Shown in pieces: positions 62,742-64,000 of a stretch of 64,000 nucleotides of DNA (its first letter is position 1; each line of letters starts with the position of its first letter). Where the stretch lies: NCBI GenBank assembly GCA_047495785.1, contig JBLDXI010000013.1, forward strand, positions 372,001 through 436,000, given 5' to 3'. The notes beneath the pieces are model-generated. The model was not told the DNA's origin. It was given only the letters and a program-made list of their open reading frames with translations, and did not search any database. The position numbers and the translations under genes were made by a program. Origin of the DNA: Lepidodermella squamata (lineage: Eukaryota; Animalia; Gastrotricha).

Positions 62742-64000
62742 ATGGCGCTGATGTTGGCGAATAAATCTTCGCCGAAAGCGTTGCAGCCGATGTCGGTGAT
62801 CAACTACGAAAAATTAGCAGCCCTGATTGGCGATCCCAAGATAAAATTTTCCTATAATAAAAACTCTGCTGGCAGCGATCACAGTCATTCGACAGCCCTG
62901 GTCCCTGTCGACCACAAAACGTTCATGCGGGAATACAAGAGCATTTTTCTGACTGAAAGCGAGCAGCGGGAAGAACACCGCCAGCGTAAACTGAATAAAT
63001 TTCACCGAGTCACGAAGCGACAAATCGAGGAGATGCCGGCAATAAGGAAGCGTGGCTCGAGAGCTGCTTTGCTACCATCGACAGCGACGACGAGTGGGAA
63101 TGCGATCGAGGGCGATATCGAGTCGACTGTTGGAGCTACGGCGCCGAAAGATAAGAGCCAAGACGACGAACAGTGCTTCGTGCAGGACGTGTTGCGCCGC
63201 GAGAAGGAACAGCGCTACAACGAGGAACATCGCATCGAAAAACACGTGAAACTTCTGCGACCGGTTCGGCTTCACAAGCAGGGCCGGCTATTTCCTATGC
63301 TGAACAGGAAGCAGTGTTCGAGACTTGAAAAGCTCCTCTCTAGAATGTAAGAATCCAACCGTCCCAAATTTGAAGAAATCCTGATCAATTTTTGTGTTTC
63401 GAAATCCCAATTTAATGTGATTTTTTTACAGGCCATATGACAGATCGTTTGAAGAAAACATCCACGTTATGAACATTTTGCAAAACTACGAGCCATTAGC
63501 GCGTCAAATGCCAATTTTCCAACTAAAGGAACTACTCATAACGGCAACTCTGGAGCGCTACGACGACAGCGGAGTTGTTGTGTTCGCCGGCTCTGGTTTC
63601 CACATAGTACTAAGCGGGTCTGTAAAACCCCTCGCTGCACCTTATGTTGAATTTCTCGACGAAGAACCGCCTATCACGCCAGGAAGTACTATTCGCCGAT
63701 CGTCGACTGACCTTCCAATCGATCCGTCCGCAACATCGATGTCGATCCACCTTAACGCGTCATCAGCGCCGGTCAATAAGCCAACTAGCAAGGGCAATAT
63801 GAACTTCTCGCCTAGACAGGATGAGGACAAGACGAATTTGTTTGCCGAATTGTTGCATGAGCCGAGTTCGTTGAGTCTTGCTAGTAGCCACGGCTTGCTG
63901 CCTCCGATAGCCGAAACTGGCGGGGATTCGCGTGGGCTCGACAACTCAAGCCAACAGTCCCTCCGGCGCCACGTTTCATTCGCCCACGAAGGCGATGAAG
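62742..64000 (+). CDS. Cyclic nucleotide-binding domain-containing protein 1-like, truncated by the window end; exons 62742-63346 and 63432 onward
   Basis: INYEKLAALI and HKTFMREYKSIFL recall the CNBD1 N-terminus. After a phase-2 intron, LKELLITATLERY..VVFAGSGFHIVLSGSVKP reads as the start of a cNMP-binding beta-roll. Confidence 0.65.

Noticed and set aside
1-64000. Prokaryotic systems, rRNA, tRNA, snRNA and intact transposase or reverse transcriptase genes
   Set aside because: None recognised; the identifiable multi-exon genes are intron-containing animal genes.

Overview
Eukaryotic genomic DNA from a compact-genome animal, probably a small invertebrate; the organism cannot be named from sequence alone. 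Most introns are GT-AG and about 42-60 nt, and several intergenic gaps are very short. I reconstructed about 20 spliced genes by hand. Recognisable genes: WBP11, tyrosine aminotransferase, four alpha-carbonic anhydrase paralogues (two keep all zinc ligands, two have lost them), a MATE/SLC47 transporter, a Q50 PRD-class homeobox gene, TP53RK/Bud32, a GPI-anchored Ly6/uPAR three-finger protein, Derlin-1, AP-2 (TFAP2) and a CNBD1-like gene running off the end. Less obvious: a neuropeptide precursor, a 39-aa transmembrane micropeptide, a KCNE-like membrane protein, and a 1151-aa RRM plus LOTUS-like protein resembling MARF1 without its nuclease domain. Main leads: (1) three dispersed orphan single-pass membrane proteins sharing a TM plus [WF]KxxD[FYC]xC motif, arranged in head-to-head pairs, one with a syndecan-like Ser-Gly cluster; (2) a functionally diversified carbonic anhydrase cluster, including a hidden alternative first exon and a signal peptide masked by two compensating indels; (3) an operon-like WBP11-TAT junction; (4) an apparent 2-nt intron slide in the homeobox. 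Family assignments rest on motif recognition, not database searches.
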